Below are positions 12,532 through 22,815 of a stretch of 64,000 bases of DNA, one piece after another. The stretch comes from Escherichia coli. GTDB lineage: Bacteria; Pseudomonadota; Gammaproteobacteria; Enterobacterales; Enterobacteriaceae. The stretch lies in NCBI RefSeq assembly GCF_030384885.1, contig NZ_CP128613.1, one strand, 5' to 3'. A model generated the notes under the pieces. That model was not told the origin of the DNA. It made no database searches and saw only the letters and a list, made by a program, of their open reading frames with translations. The position numbers and the translations under genes were made by a program. The stretch's first letter is position 1, and the number at the start of each line of letters is the position of its first letter.

Positions 12532-13191
12532 ATGACGCAGGATGAATTGAAAAAAGCAGTAGGATGGGCGGCACTTCAGTATGTTCAGCCCGGCACCATT
12601 GTTGGTGTAGGTACAGGTTCCACCGCCGCACACTTTATTGACGCGCTCGGCACGATGAAAGGCCAGATTGAAGGGGCCGTTTCCAGTTCGGATGCGTCCA
12701 CTGAAAAACTGAAAAGCCTCGGCATTCACGTTTTTGATCTCAACGAAGTCGACAGCCTTGGCATCTACGTCGACGGTGCAGATGAAATCAACGGCCACAT
12801 GCAGATGATCAAAGGCGGCGGCGCGGCGCTGACCCGTGAAAAAATCATTGCTTCGGTTGCGGAAAAATTTATCTGTATTGCAGACGCTTCTAAGCAGGTT
12901 GATATTCTGGGCAAATTCCCGCTGCCAGTAGAAGTTATCCCGATGGCACGTAGTGCAGTGGCGCGCCAGCTGGTGAAACTGGGCGGTCGTCCGGAATACC
13001 GCCAGGGCGTGGTGACCGATAACGGCAACGTGATCCTCGACGTCCACGGCATGGAAATCCTTGACCCAATAGCGATGGAAAACGCCATAAATGCGATTCC
13101 GGGCGTGGTGACTGTTGGCTTATTTGCTAACCGTGGCGCGGACGTTGCGCTGATTGGCACACCTGACGGTGTCAAAACCATTGTGAAATGA
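12532..13191 (+). CDS. rpiA: Ribose-5-phosphate isomerase A (219 aa)
   Basis: Begins [39 protein letters not shown]; start 12532 sits outside the ERIC repeat (track start 12496 is inside it). Confidence 0.94.
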
Positions 13192-13195
13192 TCTG

Positions 13196-13218
13196 ACGGG
13201 GGAATCTCCCCCGTTAAA
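13196..13218. terminator. Stable hairpin after rpiA (possible terminator)
   Basis: ACGGGGGAATCTCCCCCGT palindrome; the flanking run is A-rich on the + strand, so terminator function is uncertain. Confidence 0.35.
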
Positions 13219-13446
13219 AAAATTCTCTTCGTTAAATTTGGTGACATGTGTCACGTTTTTACCTGGCTATTGTCGATTGCTCTAAATAAATCCTCTAATC
13301 CAGCATATTCATCCAAGAAAAACCTTTGCGTGATATTTCCTCAACATCGCGACGCAAACGTTCATATTGCCGCAATATTATTTTTTGATATGTTGAAAGG
13401 CGGATGCAAATCCGCACACAACATTTCAAAAGACAGGATTGGGTAA

Positions 13447-14679
13447 ATGGCAAAGGTATCGCTGGAGAAAGACAAGATTAAGTTTCTGCTGGTAGAAGGC
13501 GTGCACCAAAAGGCGCTGGAAAGCCTTCGTGCAGCGGGTTACACCAACATCGAATTTCACAAAGGCGCGCTGGATGATGAACAATTAAAAGAATCCATCC
13601 GCGATGCCCACTTCATCGGCCTGCGATCCCGTACCCATCTGACTGAAGACGTGATCAACGCCGCAGAAAAACTGGTCGCTATTGGCTGTTTCTGTATCGG
13701 AACAAACCAGGTTGATCTGGATGCAGCTGCAAAACGCGGGATCCCGGTATTTAACGCACCGTTCTCTAATACGCGCTCTGTTGCGGAGCTGGTAATTGGC
13801 GAACTTCTGCTGCTATTGCGCGGCGTACCGGAAGCCAACGCTAAAGCGCACCGTGGTGTCTGGAACAAGCTGGCAGCTGGCTCTTTTGAAGCGCGCGGCA
13901 AAAAGCTGGGTATCATCGGCTATGGTCATATTGGTACACAGTTGGGCATTCTGGCTGAATCGCTGGGAATGTATGTTTACTTTTATGATATTGAAAACAA
14001 ACTACCGCTGGGCAACGCCACTCAGGTACAGCATCTTTCTGATCTGCTGAATATGAGCGATGTGGTGAGTTTGCATGTGCCAGAGAATCCGTCTACCAAA
14101 AATATGATGGGCGCGAAAGAGATTTCGCTAATGAAGCCCGGCTCGTTGCTGATTAATGCCTCGCGCGGAACGGTGGTGGATATTCCGGCACTGTGCGATG
14201 CGCTGGCAAGCAAGCACCTGGCTGGAGCGGCAATCGACGTATTCCCGACGGAACCGGCGACTAACAGCGATCCGTTTACCTCTCCGCTGTGCGAGTTCGA
14301 CAACGTCCTTCTGACGCCACATATTGGCGGTTCGACTCAGGAAGCACAGGAGAATATCGGCCTGGAAGTTGCAGGTAAATTAATCAAGTACTCTGACAAT
14401 GGCTCAACGCTCTCTGCGGTGAACTTCCCGGAAGTATCGCTGCCACTGCATGGTGGGCGTCGTCTGATGCACATCCACGAAAACCGTCCGGGCGTGCTAA
14501 CTGCGCTCAACAAAATTTTTGCCGAGCAGGGCGTCAACATCGCCGCGCAATATCTGCAAACTTCCGCCCAGATGGGTTATGTAGTTATTGATATTGAAGC
14601 CGACGAAGACGTTGCCGAAAAAGCTCTGCAGGCAATGAAAGCTATTCCGGGTACCATTCGCGCCCGTCTGCTGTACTAA
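13447..14679 (+). CDS. serA: D-3-phosphoglycerate dehydrogenase (410 aa)
   Basis: Begins MAKVSLEKDKIKFLLVEGVHQKALESLRAAGYTNIEFHKGALDDEQLKESIRDAHFIGLRSRT; NAD-binding GxGxxG and C-terminal ACT domain. Confidence 0.96.
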   Translation: MAKVSLEKDKIKFLLVEGVHQKALESLRAAGYTNIEFHKGALDDEQLKESIRDAHFIGLRSRTHLTEDVINAAEKLVAIGCFCIGTNQVDLDAAAKRGIPVFNAPFSNTRSVAELVIGELLLLLRGVPEANAKAHRGVWNKLAAGSFEARGKKLGIIGYGHIGTQLGILAESLGMYVYFYDIENKLPLGNATQVQHLSDLLNMSDVVSLHVPENPSTKNMMGAKEISLMKPGSLLINASRGTVVDIPALCDALASKHLAGAAIDVFPTEPATNSDPFTSPLCEFDNVLLTPHIGGSTQEAQENIGLEVAGKLIKYSDNGSTLSAVNFPEVSLPLHGGRRLMHIHENRPGVLTALNKIFAEQGVNIAAQYLQTSAQMGYVVIDIEADEDVAEKALQAMKAIPGTIRARLLY

Positions 14680-14698
14680 ATCCCCTTCTCTGAAAATC

Positions 14699-14731
14699 AA
14701 CGGGCAGATCACTGACTTGCCCGTTTTTTTA
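14699..14731 (+). terminator. Rho-independent terminator after serA
   Basis: Hairpin CGGGCAGATCACTGACTTGCCCG followed by T7. Confidence 0.8.
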
Positions 14732-14863
14732 TCCCTTCTCCACACCGTTGCCGCATTGCGCATTCTACTTTGCGAGTCTGCTCCAGAAAATAAATCAAAG
14801 TCAGATCAATGCGTTGTGTTTATTTAATGGGGATTTACGATGGCAGGGCAGCATGGGGCTGTA

Positions 14864-15006
14864 ACGGTAAAGCCCTCACCGAAGCGAGGGCTTGAAGGAG
14901 AAGGGTTATGATGCGACTTGTCATCATACTGATTGTACTGTTACTCATAAGTTTCCCAGCTTATTAACAGTCAGTCACAGGGGAGGAGCAATCCTCCCTT
15001 ACCCTT
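14864..15006 (-). ncRNA. sibC: SibC (RygC) antisense antitoxin sRNA, about 140 nt; ends approximate
   Basis: Minus-strand promoter-like TTGACA (15042-15037), 17-nt spacer, TAATTT (15019-15014); hairpin AGCCCTCACCGAAGCGAGGGCT at 14871-14892 near the predicted 3' end; fully covers ibsC on the opposite strand. Confidence 0.6.
14908..14967 (+). CDS. ibsC: Type I toxin IbsC, 19-aa hydrophobic peptide (MMRLVIILIVLLLISFPAY)
   Basis: ATGATG start 8 nt downstream of AAGGAG; a single TM-like hydrophobic peptide matching the Ibs toxin family; located between serA and fau, where K-12 has ibsC/sibC; too short for the ORF track. Confidence 0.75.
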   Translation: MMRLVIILIVLLLISFPAY

Positions 15007-15067
15007 ACTCACTAAATTAGGTTAAAGAATCAACGATGTCAATCAGGGCGATGCAGGTGTGTCGCCC

Positions 15068-15616
15068 TCACCACTCCCAGACTTTCGACGGCGTAACTAC
15101 TGCAGGAAGTGGAATATCCCACTCTTCAACGGGGAGTTTTTCCACCAACTGACAATCATGCGCATAACCCACCGGTTGCATTTGATAGCGCTGCCAGTTT
15201 TGTAAGGTCCGATCATAAAAACCACCGCCCATTCCCAGGCGCTGACCGTACTCATCAAAGGCGACCAGCGGTGTGATCAACACGTCTAATCGGGAAAGGG
15301 GTAGCACGTCACGCACATCCAGTTTTGGCTCATGGATCTTCAACCAGTTCATCACCAGTTCGCTTTGCGGATGGTAATTCAGGAACAGCAAATTACCGGC
15401 ACTAAAGGGATGCAAAACTGGAAGATATACGCGCTTACCGGCGCGCCAGAGTTGTTCTATGAGTGGCTGGGTGTCGAGTTCGCCATCAAAAGAGAGGAAT
15501 ACAGCGACCGTATGTGCCATCACCACCGGGGGATAAGTCATCATCCGGGTAGCGGCTTGTTGACCCATTTCCTGCTGTTGTTCCGGCGTTAACGCACGAC
15601 GACGTTGCCGAATCAT
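15068..15616 (-). CDS. fau: 5-formyltetrahydrofolate cyclo-ligase (182 aa; in-frame upstream ATG at 15670 would give 200 aa)
   Basis: Sequence matches YgfA/Fau; immediately downstream of ssrS in the zapA-ssrS-fau transcription unit. Confidence 0.85.
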   Translation of the reverse strand: MIRQRRRALTPEQQQEMGQQAATRMMTYPPVVMAHTVAVFLSFDGELDTQPLIEQLWRAGKRVYLPVLHPFSAGNLLFLNYHPQSELVMNWLKIHEPKLDVRDVLPLSRLDVLITPLVAFDEYGQRLGMGGGFYDRTLQNWQRYQMQPVGYAHDCQLVEKLPVEEWDIPLPAVVTPSKVWEW

Positions 15617-15688
15617 TTTGCGGATTTCTTGTCGGGATAATGTCAGTGGGATTTCTGGTAGTTGCGTCATGGCTGGTGCCAGATAAGA

Positions 15689-15874
15689 AGGGAATCTCCG
15701 AGATGCCGCCGCAGGCTGTAACCCTTGAACCCTTGGTTCAAGGTGAATGTGTCGTCACAGTTTTAAGGCTTCTCGGACGGACCGAGCATGCTCACCAACC
15801 GCGGAGCGCCACATTCTTGTGGTATGAAATATCGGCTCAGGGGACTGGCCCGCTTGCGAACATCTCAGAGAAAT
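15689..15874 (-). ncRNA. ssrS: 6S RNA (SsrS), regulator of sigma70-RNA polymerase
   Basis: Reverse complement reads AUUUCUCUGAGAUGUUCGCAAGCGGGCCAGUCCCCUGAGCCGAUAUUUCAUACC ... GGCAUCUCGGAGAUUCCCU, the E. coli 6S RNA sequence; ends within a few nt. Confidence 0.93.
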
Positions 15875-15915
15875 TTTGTCTTCACGGTTACTCTACCACA
15901 GTAAACCGAAAAGTG

Positions 15916-16311
<396 letters not shown>

Positions 16312-16412
16312 CTATAGCTACCCTGATGAGAAGAGACAAGCCCTTTTCTGGTCCACCAGGGCCCAAAGTGGTAGCATATCATGAATATTCCTCCCTTTGA
16401 CGACGAATGCTT

Positions 16413-16991
16413 ATGTCTATACAGAACGAAATGCCTGGTTACAACGAAATGAACCAGTATCTGAACCAACAAGGGACGGGTCTGACCCCTGCTGAGATGC
16501 ATGGTTTAATCAGTGGGATGATATGTGGTGGTAACGATGACAGCTCATGGCTGCCGCTGCTTCACGACCTGACGAACGAAGGCATGGCTTTCGGTCATGA
16601 GCTGGCACAGGCATTGCGCAAAATGCACTCTGCTACCAGCGATGCCCTGCAGGATGACGGCTTCCTTTTTCAGCTTTATCTGCCTGATGGCGATGATGTC
16701 AGTGTTTTCGATCGTGCTGATGCGCTGGCAGGTTGGGTCAATCACTTCCTGCTTGGTCTTGGCGTTACGCAACCGAAGCTGGACAAAGTGACCGGCGAAA
16801 CCGGTGAAGCCATCGACGATCTGCGTAACATCGCGCAGCTGGGCTACGACGAAGACGAAGATCAGGAAGAGCTGGAAATGTCGCTTGAAGAGATCATCGA
16901 GTACGTCCGTGTTGCCGCGCTGTTATGCCACGACACCTTTACTCATCCGCAACCGACCGCGCCAGAAGTACAAAAACCGACTCTACACTAA
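16413..16991 (+). CDS. ygfB: UPF0149-family protein YgfB (192 aa)
   Basis: Begins [21 protein letters not shown]; directly upstream of pepP. Confidence 0.88.
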
Positions 16992-17016
16992 AAACAAAAA
17001 ACGTAAGGAGAGTGTT

Positions 17017-18342
17017 ATGAGTGAGATATCCCGGCAAGAATTTCAGCGTCGCCGTCAGGCCCTGGTAGAGCAAATGCAACCCGGCAGCGCCGCGCTGATT
17101 TTTGCTGCACCAGAAGTAACACGTAGCGCCGACAGCGAATACCCCTATCGTCAGAACAGTGACTTTTGGTACTTCACCGGCTTTAACGAACCGGAAGCGG
17201 TGCTGGTGCTGATTAAAAGTGATGACACTCATAACCACAGCGTTCTGTTTAACCGCGTTCGCGACCTGACGGCAGAGATCTGGTTTGGTCGTCGCTTAGG
17301 CCAGGATGCCGCGCCAGAGAAACTGGGCGTTGACCGCGCACTGGCATTCAGCGAAATCAATCAGCAACTTTATCAACTACTTAATGGTCTGGATGTGGTT
17401 TACCACGCCCAGGGCGAATATGCGTATGCTGATGAAATCGTGAACAGTGCGCTGGAAAAACTGCGTAAAGGCTCGCGACAGAATCTCACCGCCCCGGCAA
17501 CGATGATCGACTGGCGTCCTGTTGTTCATGAAATGCGCCTGTTCAAATCGCCGGAAGAGATCGCCGTACTTCGCCGCGCGGGGGAAATCACTGCCCTGGC
17601 GCATACACGGGCGATGGAAAAATGCCGTCCGGGAATGTTTGAGTACCATCTGGAAGGCGAAATTCACCACGAATTTAACCGCCACGGTGCGCGCTATCCT
17701 TCCTATAACACTATTGTCGGCAGCGGTGAAAACGGCTGCATTCTGCACTATACCGAAAACGAGTGTGAACTGCGTGACGGTGACCTGGTGTTGATTGACG
17801 CGGGTTGTGAATACAAAGGTTACGCTGGCGATATTACCCGCACCTTCCCGGTTAACGGTAAATTCACTCAGGCTCAGCGTGAAATCTACGACATTGTGCT
17901 GGAGTCTCTTGAAACCAGCCTGCGCCTGTATCGTCCGGGAACGTCCATTCAGGAAGTCACCGGTGAAGTGGTGCGCATCATGGTTAGCGGCCTGGTAAAA
18001 CTCGGCATCCTGAAAGGTGATGTTGAAGAACTGATCGCCCAAAACGCCCATCGTCCTTTCTTTATGCATGGCCTTAGCCACTGGTTAGGTCTGGATGTCC
18101 ATGATGTTGGTATTTATGGTCAGGATCGCTCGCGCATTCTGGAACCGGGCATGGTACTGACCGTAGAGCCGGGGCTGTACATTGCGCCGGATGCGGATGT
18201 ACCAGAACAATATCGCGGTATCGGCATTCGTATCGAAGACGACATTGTGATTACCGAAACCGGCAATGAAAACCTCACTGCCAGCGTAGTGAAAAAGCCG
18301 GAAGAAATTGAAGCGTTGATGGCTGCTGCGAGAAAGCAATGA
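17017..18342 (+). CDS. pepP: Xaa-Pro aminopeptidase (aminopeptidase P II, 441 aa)
   Basis: Begins MSEISRQEFQRRRQALVEQMQPGSAALIF with RBS TAAGGAG at 17004-17010; M24 metal-binding motifs; the track's ORF from 16804 is an upstream extension overlapping ygfB. Confidence 0.94.
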   Translation: MSEISRQEFQRRRQALVEQMQPGSAALIFAAPEVTRSADSEYPYRQNSDFWYFTGFNEPEAVLVLIKSDDTHNHSVLFNRVRDLTAEIWFGRRLGQDAAPEKLGVDRALAFSEINQQLYQLLNGLDVVYHAQGEYAYADEIVNSALEKLRKGSRQNLTAPATMIDWRPVVHEMRLFKSPEEIAVLRRAGEITALAHTRAMEKCRPGMFEYHLEGEIHHEFNRHGARYPSYNTIVGSGENGCILHYTENECELRDGDLVLIDAGCEYKGYAGDITRTFPVNGKFTQAQREIYDIVLESLETSLRLYRPGTSIQEVTGEVVRIMVSGLVKLGILKGDVEELIAQNAHRPFFMHGLSHWLGLDVHDVGIYGQDRSRILEPGMVLTVEPGLYIAPDADVPEQYRGIGIRIEDDIVITETGNENLTASVVKKPEEIEALMAAARKQ

Positions 18343-19517
18343 GCGTAATCATCGTCGGTGGCGGCATGGCGGGCGCGACGCTGGCGCTGGCTATTTCCCG
18401 GTTAAGTCACGGGGCGCTGCCGGTACATTTGATTGAAGCGACCGCGCCAGAGTCTCATGCTCATCCGGGCTTTGATGGACGAGCTATTGCGCTGGCGGCG
18501 GGTACTTGTCAGCAACTGGCGCGCATCGGCGTCTGGCAATCTCTGGCTGATTGCGCAACCGCCATCACCAGCGTGCATGTCAGCGATCGTGGTCATGCCG
18601 GATTCGTCACCCTCGCCGCAGAAGATTACCAACTGGCGGCGCTGGGGCAGGTTGTCGAATTGCATAATGTCGGGCAACGGCTGTTTGCATTGCTGCGCAA
18701 AGCACCTGGCGTAACGCTGCATTGCCCTGATCGCGTGGCTAACGTTGCCCGTGCTCAGAGTCACGTTGAAGTGACGCTGGAGAGTGGCGAGACGCTGACG
18801 GGCTGCGTGCTGGTAGCCGCTGATGGCACCCATTCAGCGTTAGCCACTGTGTGCGGCGTTGACTGGCAGCAGGAGCCTTACGAACAACTGGCCGTGATTG
18901 CGAACGTTGCGACTTCCGTTGCGCACGAAGGCCGGGCGTTTGAGCGTTTCACACAATATGGCCCGTTGGCGATGTTGCCGATGTCTGACAGACGCTGTTC
19001 GCTGGTCTGGTGCCATCCACTGGAACGGCGCGAAGAGGTGCTGTCGTGGAGCGACGAGACGTTTTGCCGTGAACTCCAGTCGGCCTTTGGCTGGCGACTG
19101 GGGCAAATTACCCACGCTGGTAAACGCAGTGCTTACCCGCTGGCGTTAACCCGCGCCGCCAGACCTGTTACCCATCGTACCGTGCTGGTGGGCAATGCGG
19201 CGCAAACTCTGCACCCGATTGCCGGGCAAGGGTTCAACCTCGGTATGCGAGATGTGATGAGCCTTGCGGAAACCCTGACTCAGGCGCAAGAGCGCGGAGA
19301 AGACATAGGTGATTACGGCGTATTGTGCCGTTATCAGCAGCGTCGGCAGAGCGATCGCGAAGCAACCATCGGCGTCACGGACAGCCTTGTACATCTTTTT
19401 GCCAACCGTTGGACGCCGCTGGTTGTCGGGCGCAACATCGGGCTGATGGCAATGGAATTATTCACTCCGGCACGCGATGTGCTGGCGCAGCGCACCCTCG
19501 GTTGGGTGGCGCGTTAA
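18339..19517 (+). CDS. ubiH: 2-octaprenyl-6-methoxyphenol hydroxylase (FAD monooxygenase, 392 aa)
   Basis: N-terminal FAD fold VIIVGGGMAGATLALA; ATGA overlap with the pepP stop. Confidence 0.93.
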   Translation: MSVIIVGGGMAGATLALAISRLSHGALPVHLIEATAPESHAHPGFDGRAIALAAGTCQQLARIGVWQSLADCATAITSVHVSDRGHAGFVTLAAEDYQLAALGQVVELHNVGQRLFALLRKAPGVTLHCPDRVANVARAQSHVEVTLESGETLTGCVLVAADGTHSALATVCGVDWQQEPYEQLAVIANVATSVAHEGRAFERFTQYGPLAMLPMSDRRCSLVWCHPLERREEVLSWSDETFCRELQSAFGWRLGQITHAGKRSAYPLALTRAARPVTHRTVLVGNAAQTLHPIAGQGFNLGMRDVMSLAETLTQAQERGEDIGDYGVLCRYQQRRQSDREATIGVTDSLVHLFANRWTPLVVGRNIGLMAMELFTPARDVLAQRTLGWVAR

Positions 19518-19539
19518 AGGCGGCTTTAAGGAATAAACA

Positions 19540-20742
19540 ATGCAAAGTGTTGATGTAGCCATTGTTGGCGGCGGCATGGTGGGGCTGGCGGTTGCCTGCG
19601 GCTTGCAGGGCAGTGGCTTACGCGTTGCCGTACTGGAGCAGCGCGTACCGGAACCCCTGGCGGCGGATGCACCACCACAACTGCGCGTTTCGGCTATCAA
19701 TGCCGCCAGCGAAAAATTACTCACCCGTCTTGGCGTCTGGCAGGAGATCCTCTCCCGCAGGGCCAGTTGCTATCACGGCATGGAAGTGTGGGACAAAGAC
19801 AGTTTTGGTCACATTTCGTTTGACGATCAAAGCATGGGCTATAGCCATCTTGGGCATATCGTTGAAAATTCAGTCATTCACTACGCGCTGTGGAACAAAG
19901 CACAGCAGTCCTCAGATATCAGCCTGCTAGCCCCTGCAGAATTACAGCAAGTCGCCTGGGGAGAGAACGAAACCTTCCTGACGCTGAAAGACGGCAGCAT
20001 GTTAACGGCGCGTCTGGTAATTGGCGCAGACGGCGCTAATTCCTGGTTGCGCAACAAAGCCGATATTCCGCTGACTTTCTGGGATTATCAGCATCACGCG
20101 CTGGTGGCGACCATTCGCACGGAAGAACCGCATGATGCGGTGGCGCGACAGGTTTTCCATGGCGAAGGCATTCTGGCCTTTTTGCCGCTTAGCGATCCGC
20201 ATCTTTGCTCAATTGTCTGGTCACTGTCGCCAGAGGAAGCACAGCGGATGCAGCAGGCAGGCGAAGACGAATTTAACCGCGAGTTAAATATCGCTTTTGA
20301 TAATCGCCTGGGCTTATGCAAGGTTGAGAGTGAACGCCTGGTGTTCCCGCTGACTGGGCGTTATGCGCGCCAGTTTGCCGCGCACCGTCTGGCGCTGGTG
20401 GGCGACGCCGCGCATACCATTCACCCGTTGGCGGGGCAGGGGGTGAATCTCGGCTTTATGGATGCTGCAGAGCTGATTGCTGAACTGAAACGGTTGCATC
20501 GTCAGGGTAAAGACATCGGGCAGTACATTTACCTGCGTCGCTATGAGCGTAGCCGCAAGCACAGTGCGGCGCTGATGCTGGCAGGTATGCAGGGATTCCG
20601 CGATCTGTTTTCCGGGGCTCATCCGGCGAAAAAACTGCTGCGTGATATTGGCCTGAAACTGGCCGACACGCTTCCTGGCGTTAAACCACAACTTATCCGT
20701 CAGGCAATAGGATTAAACGATTTGCCTGAATGGCTGCGCTAA
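19540..20742 (+). CDS. ubiI: 2-octaprenylphenol hydroxylase UbiI (VisC, 400 aa)
   Basis: UbiH paralog with FAD-binding VAIVGGGMVGLAVACGL; position downstream of ubiH. Confidence 0.93.
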   Translation: MQSVDVAIVGGGMVGLAVACGLQGSGLRVAVLEQRVPEPLAADAPPQLRVSAINAASEKLLTRLGVWQEILSRRASCYHGMEVWDKDSFGHISFDDQSMGYSHLGHIVENSVIHYALWNKAQQSSDISLLAPAELQQVAWGENETFLTLKDGSMLTARLVIGADGANSWLRNKADIPLTFWDYQHHALVATIRTEEPHDAVARQVFHGEGILAFLPLSDPHLCSIVWSLSPEEAQRMQQAGEDEFNRELNIAFDNRLGLCKVESERLVFPLTGRYARQFAAHRLALVGDAAHTIHPLAGQGVNLGFMDAAELIAELKRLHRQGKDIGQYIYLRRYERSRKHSAALMLAGMQGFRDLFSGAHPAKKLLRDIGLKLADTLPGVKPQLIRQAIGLNDLPEWLR

Positions 20743-20784
20743 AAATTTCTCTTCTGCTGTTTATTTGATACCCATCACACTTTC

Positions 20785-20815
20785 ATCTCCCGGTTTTTTC
20801 GCCGGGAGATTTTCC
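20785..20815 (+). terminator. Rho-independent terminator after ubiI
   Basis: ATCTCCCGG TTTTTTCG CCGGGAGAT hairpin followed by TTTTCC. Confidence 0.75.
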
Positions 20816-21189
20816 TCATTTGAAATAAACTAATTTCACCTCCGTTTTCGCATTATATTTTCTAATGTTACGAATTTTTGATTTAGTGTTTTTTGACATT
20901 TTTTCAGTTCTTAATATTGTCTTATTCAAATTAAGTTTCTCATCACATCATCTTTGTATAGAAAGTGGAATGTTTTTTGGTTTTTTATTCTGTTGCTATT
21001 CTGGCGTTTTTTAACCATAAGCTAATGTGATGATCAATTTTACCTTATGGTTAACAGTCTGTTTCGGTGGTAAGTTCAGGGAAAAGAGAACGATTGCGTT
21101 GGGGACCGGGAGTGGCTCCGATGCTGGGTTTCGTGGTGATAATTTCACCATGAAAAAGTTGTCAGCCCCGCTTATTCAATGAGGACAAG
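20816..21189 (+). promoter_or_regulatory. gcvT promoter/control region (AT-rich)
   Basis: About 370 bp AT-rich untranslated region upstream of gcvT; from established knowledge this is the GcvA/Lrp/PurR/CRP-controlled gcv promoter. Individual sites not mapped here. Confidence 0.5.
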
Positions 21190-22284
21190 ATGGCACAACA
21201 GACTCCTTTGTACGAACAACACACGCTTTGCGGCGCCCGCATGGTGGATTTCCACGGCTGGATGATGCCGCTGCATTACGGTTCGCAAATCGACGAACAT
21301 CATGCGGTACGTACCGATGCCGGAATGTTTGATGTGTCACATATGACCATCGTCGATCTTCGCGGCAGTCGCACCCGGGAGTTTCTGCGTTATCTGCTGG
21401 CGAACGATGTGGCGAAGCTCACCAAAAGCGGCAAAGCCCTCTACTCGGGGATGTTGAATGCCTCTGGCGGTGTGATAGATGACCTCATCGTCTACTACTT
21501 TACTGAAGATTTCTTCCGCCTCGTTGTTAACTCCGCCACCCGCGAAAAAGACCTCTCCTGGATTACCCAACACGCTGAACCCTTCGGTATCGAAATTACC
21601 GTTCGTGATGACCTCTCCATGATTGCCGTACAAGGGCCGAATGCGCAGGCAAAAGCTGCCACACTGTTTAATGATGCTCAGCGTCAGGCGGTGGAAGGGA
21701 TGAAACCCTTCTTTGGCGTGCAGGCGGGCGATCTGTTTATTGCCACCACCGGTTATACCGGTGAAGCGGGCTACGAAATTGCGCTGCCCAATGAAAAAGC
21801 GGCGGATTTCTGGCGAGCGCTGGTGGAAGCGGGCGTTAAGCCCTGCGGTCTGGGCGCGCGTGACACGCTGCGTCTGGAAGCGGGTATGAATCTTTATGGT
21901 CAGGAGATGGACGAAACCATTTCTCCTTTAGCAGCCAACATGGGCTGGACCATCGCCTGGGAACCGACTGATCGTGACTTTATCGGTCGTGAAGCTCTGG
22001 AAGCGCAGCGTGAACATGGCACAGAAAAACTGGTTGGTCTGGTGATGACCGAAAAAGGCGTGCTGCGTAATGAACTGCCGGTACGTTTTACCGATGCGCA
22101 GGGCAATCAGCATGAAGGCATTATCACCAGCGGTACTTTCTCCCCGACGTTGGGTTACAGCATTGCGCTGGCACGCGTGCCGGAAGGTATTGGCGAAACG
22201 GCGATTGTGCAAATTCGCAACCGTGAAATGCCAGTAAAAGTGACGAAACCTGTTTTTGTGCGTAACGGCAAAGCCGTCGCGTGA
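21190..22284 (+). CDS. gcvT: Glycine cleavage system T protein, aminomethyltransferase (364 aa)
   Basis: Begins [41 protein letters not shown]. Confidence 0.96.
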
Positions 22285-22307
22285 TTTACTTTTTTGGAGA
22301 TTAATTG

Positions 22308-22697
22308 ATGAGCAACGTACCAGCAGAACTGAAATACAGCAAAGAACACGAATGGCTGCGTAAAGAAGCCGACGGCACTTACACTGTTGGCATCACTGAG
22401 CACGCTCAGGAGCTGTTAGGCGATATGGTGTTTGTTGACCTGCCGGAAGTGGGCGCAACGGTAAGCGCGGGCGATGACTGCGCGGTTGCCGAATCGGTAA
22501 AAGCGGCGTCAGACATTTATGCGCCAGTAAGCGGTGAAATCGTGGCGGTAAACGACGCACTGAGCGATTCTCCGGAACTGGTGAACAGCGAACCGTATGC
22601 AGGCGGCTGGATCTTCAAAATCAAAGCCAGCGATGAAAGCGAACTGGAATCACTGCTGGATGCGACCGCATACGAAGCATTGTTAGAAGACGAGTAA
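22308..22697 (+). CDS. gcvH: Glycine cleavage system H protein (lipoyl carrier, 129 aa)
   Basis: Begins [19 protein letters not shown]; lipoyl-lysine motif in ...[16 protein letters not shown]... Confidence 0.95.
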
Positions 22698-22815
22698 CGG
22701 CTTTATTCCTCTTCTGCGGAAGAGGATTAGGGTGAGGAACATTTACGCCTCACCCTCACTCTCTTCGCAAGGAGAGAGGTTCACAATTCACTGCACGTTT
22801 CAGGAACCATCGCTC

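Noticed and set aside
15617-15670. Longer 200-aa form of fau starting at ATG 15670
   Set aside because: Not excluded, but the shorter 182-aa form leaves spacing for 6S RNA 3' processing; kept as an alternative rather than a separate feature.
16804-17016. 71-codon upstream extension of pepP
   Set aside because: Overlaps the 3' end of ygfB in another frame; the conserved PepP N-terminus and a good RBS are at ATG 17017.
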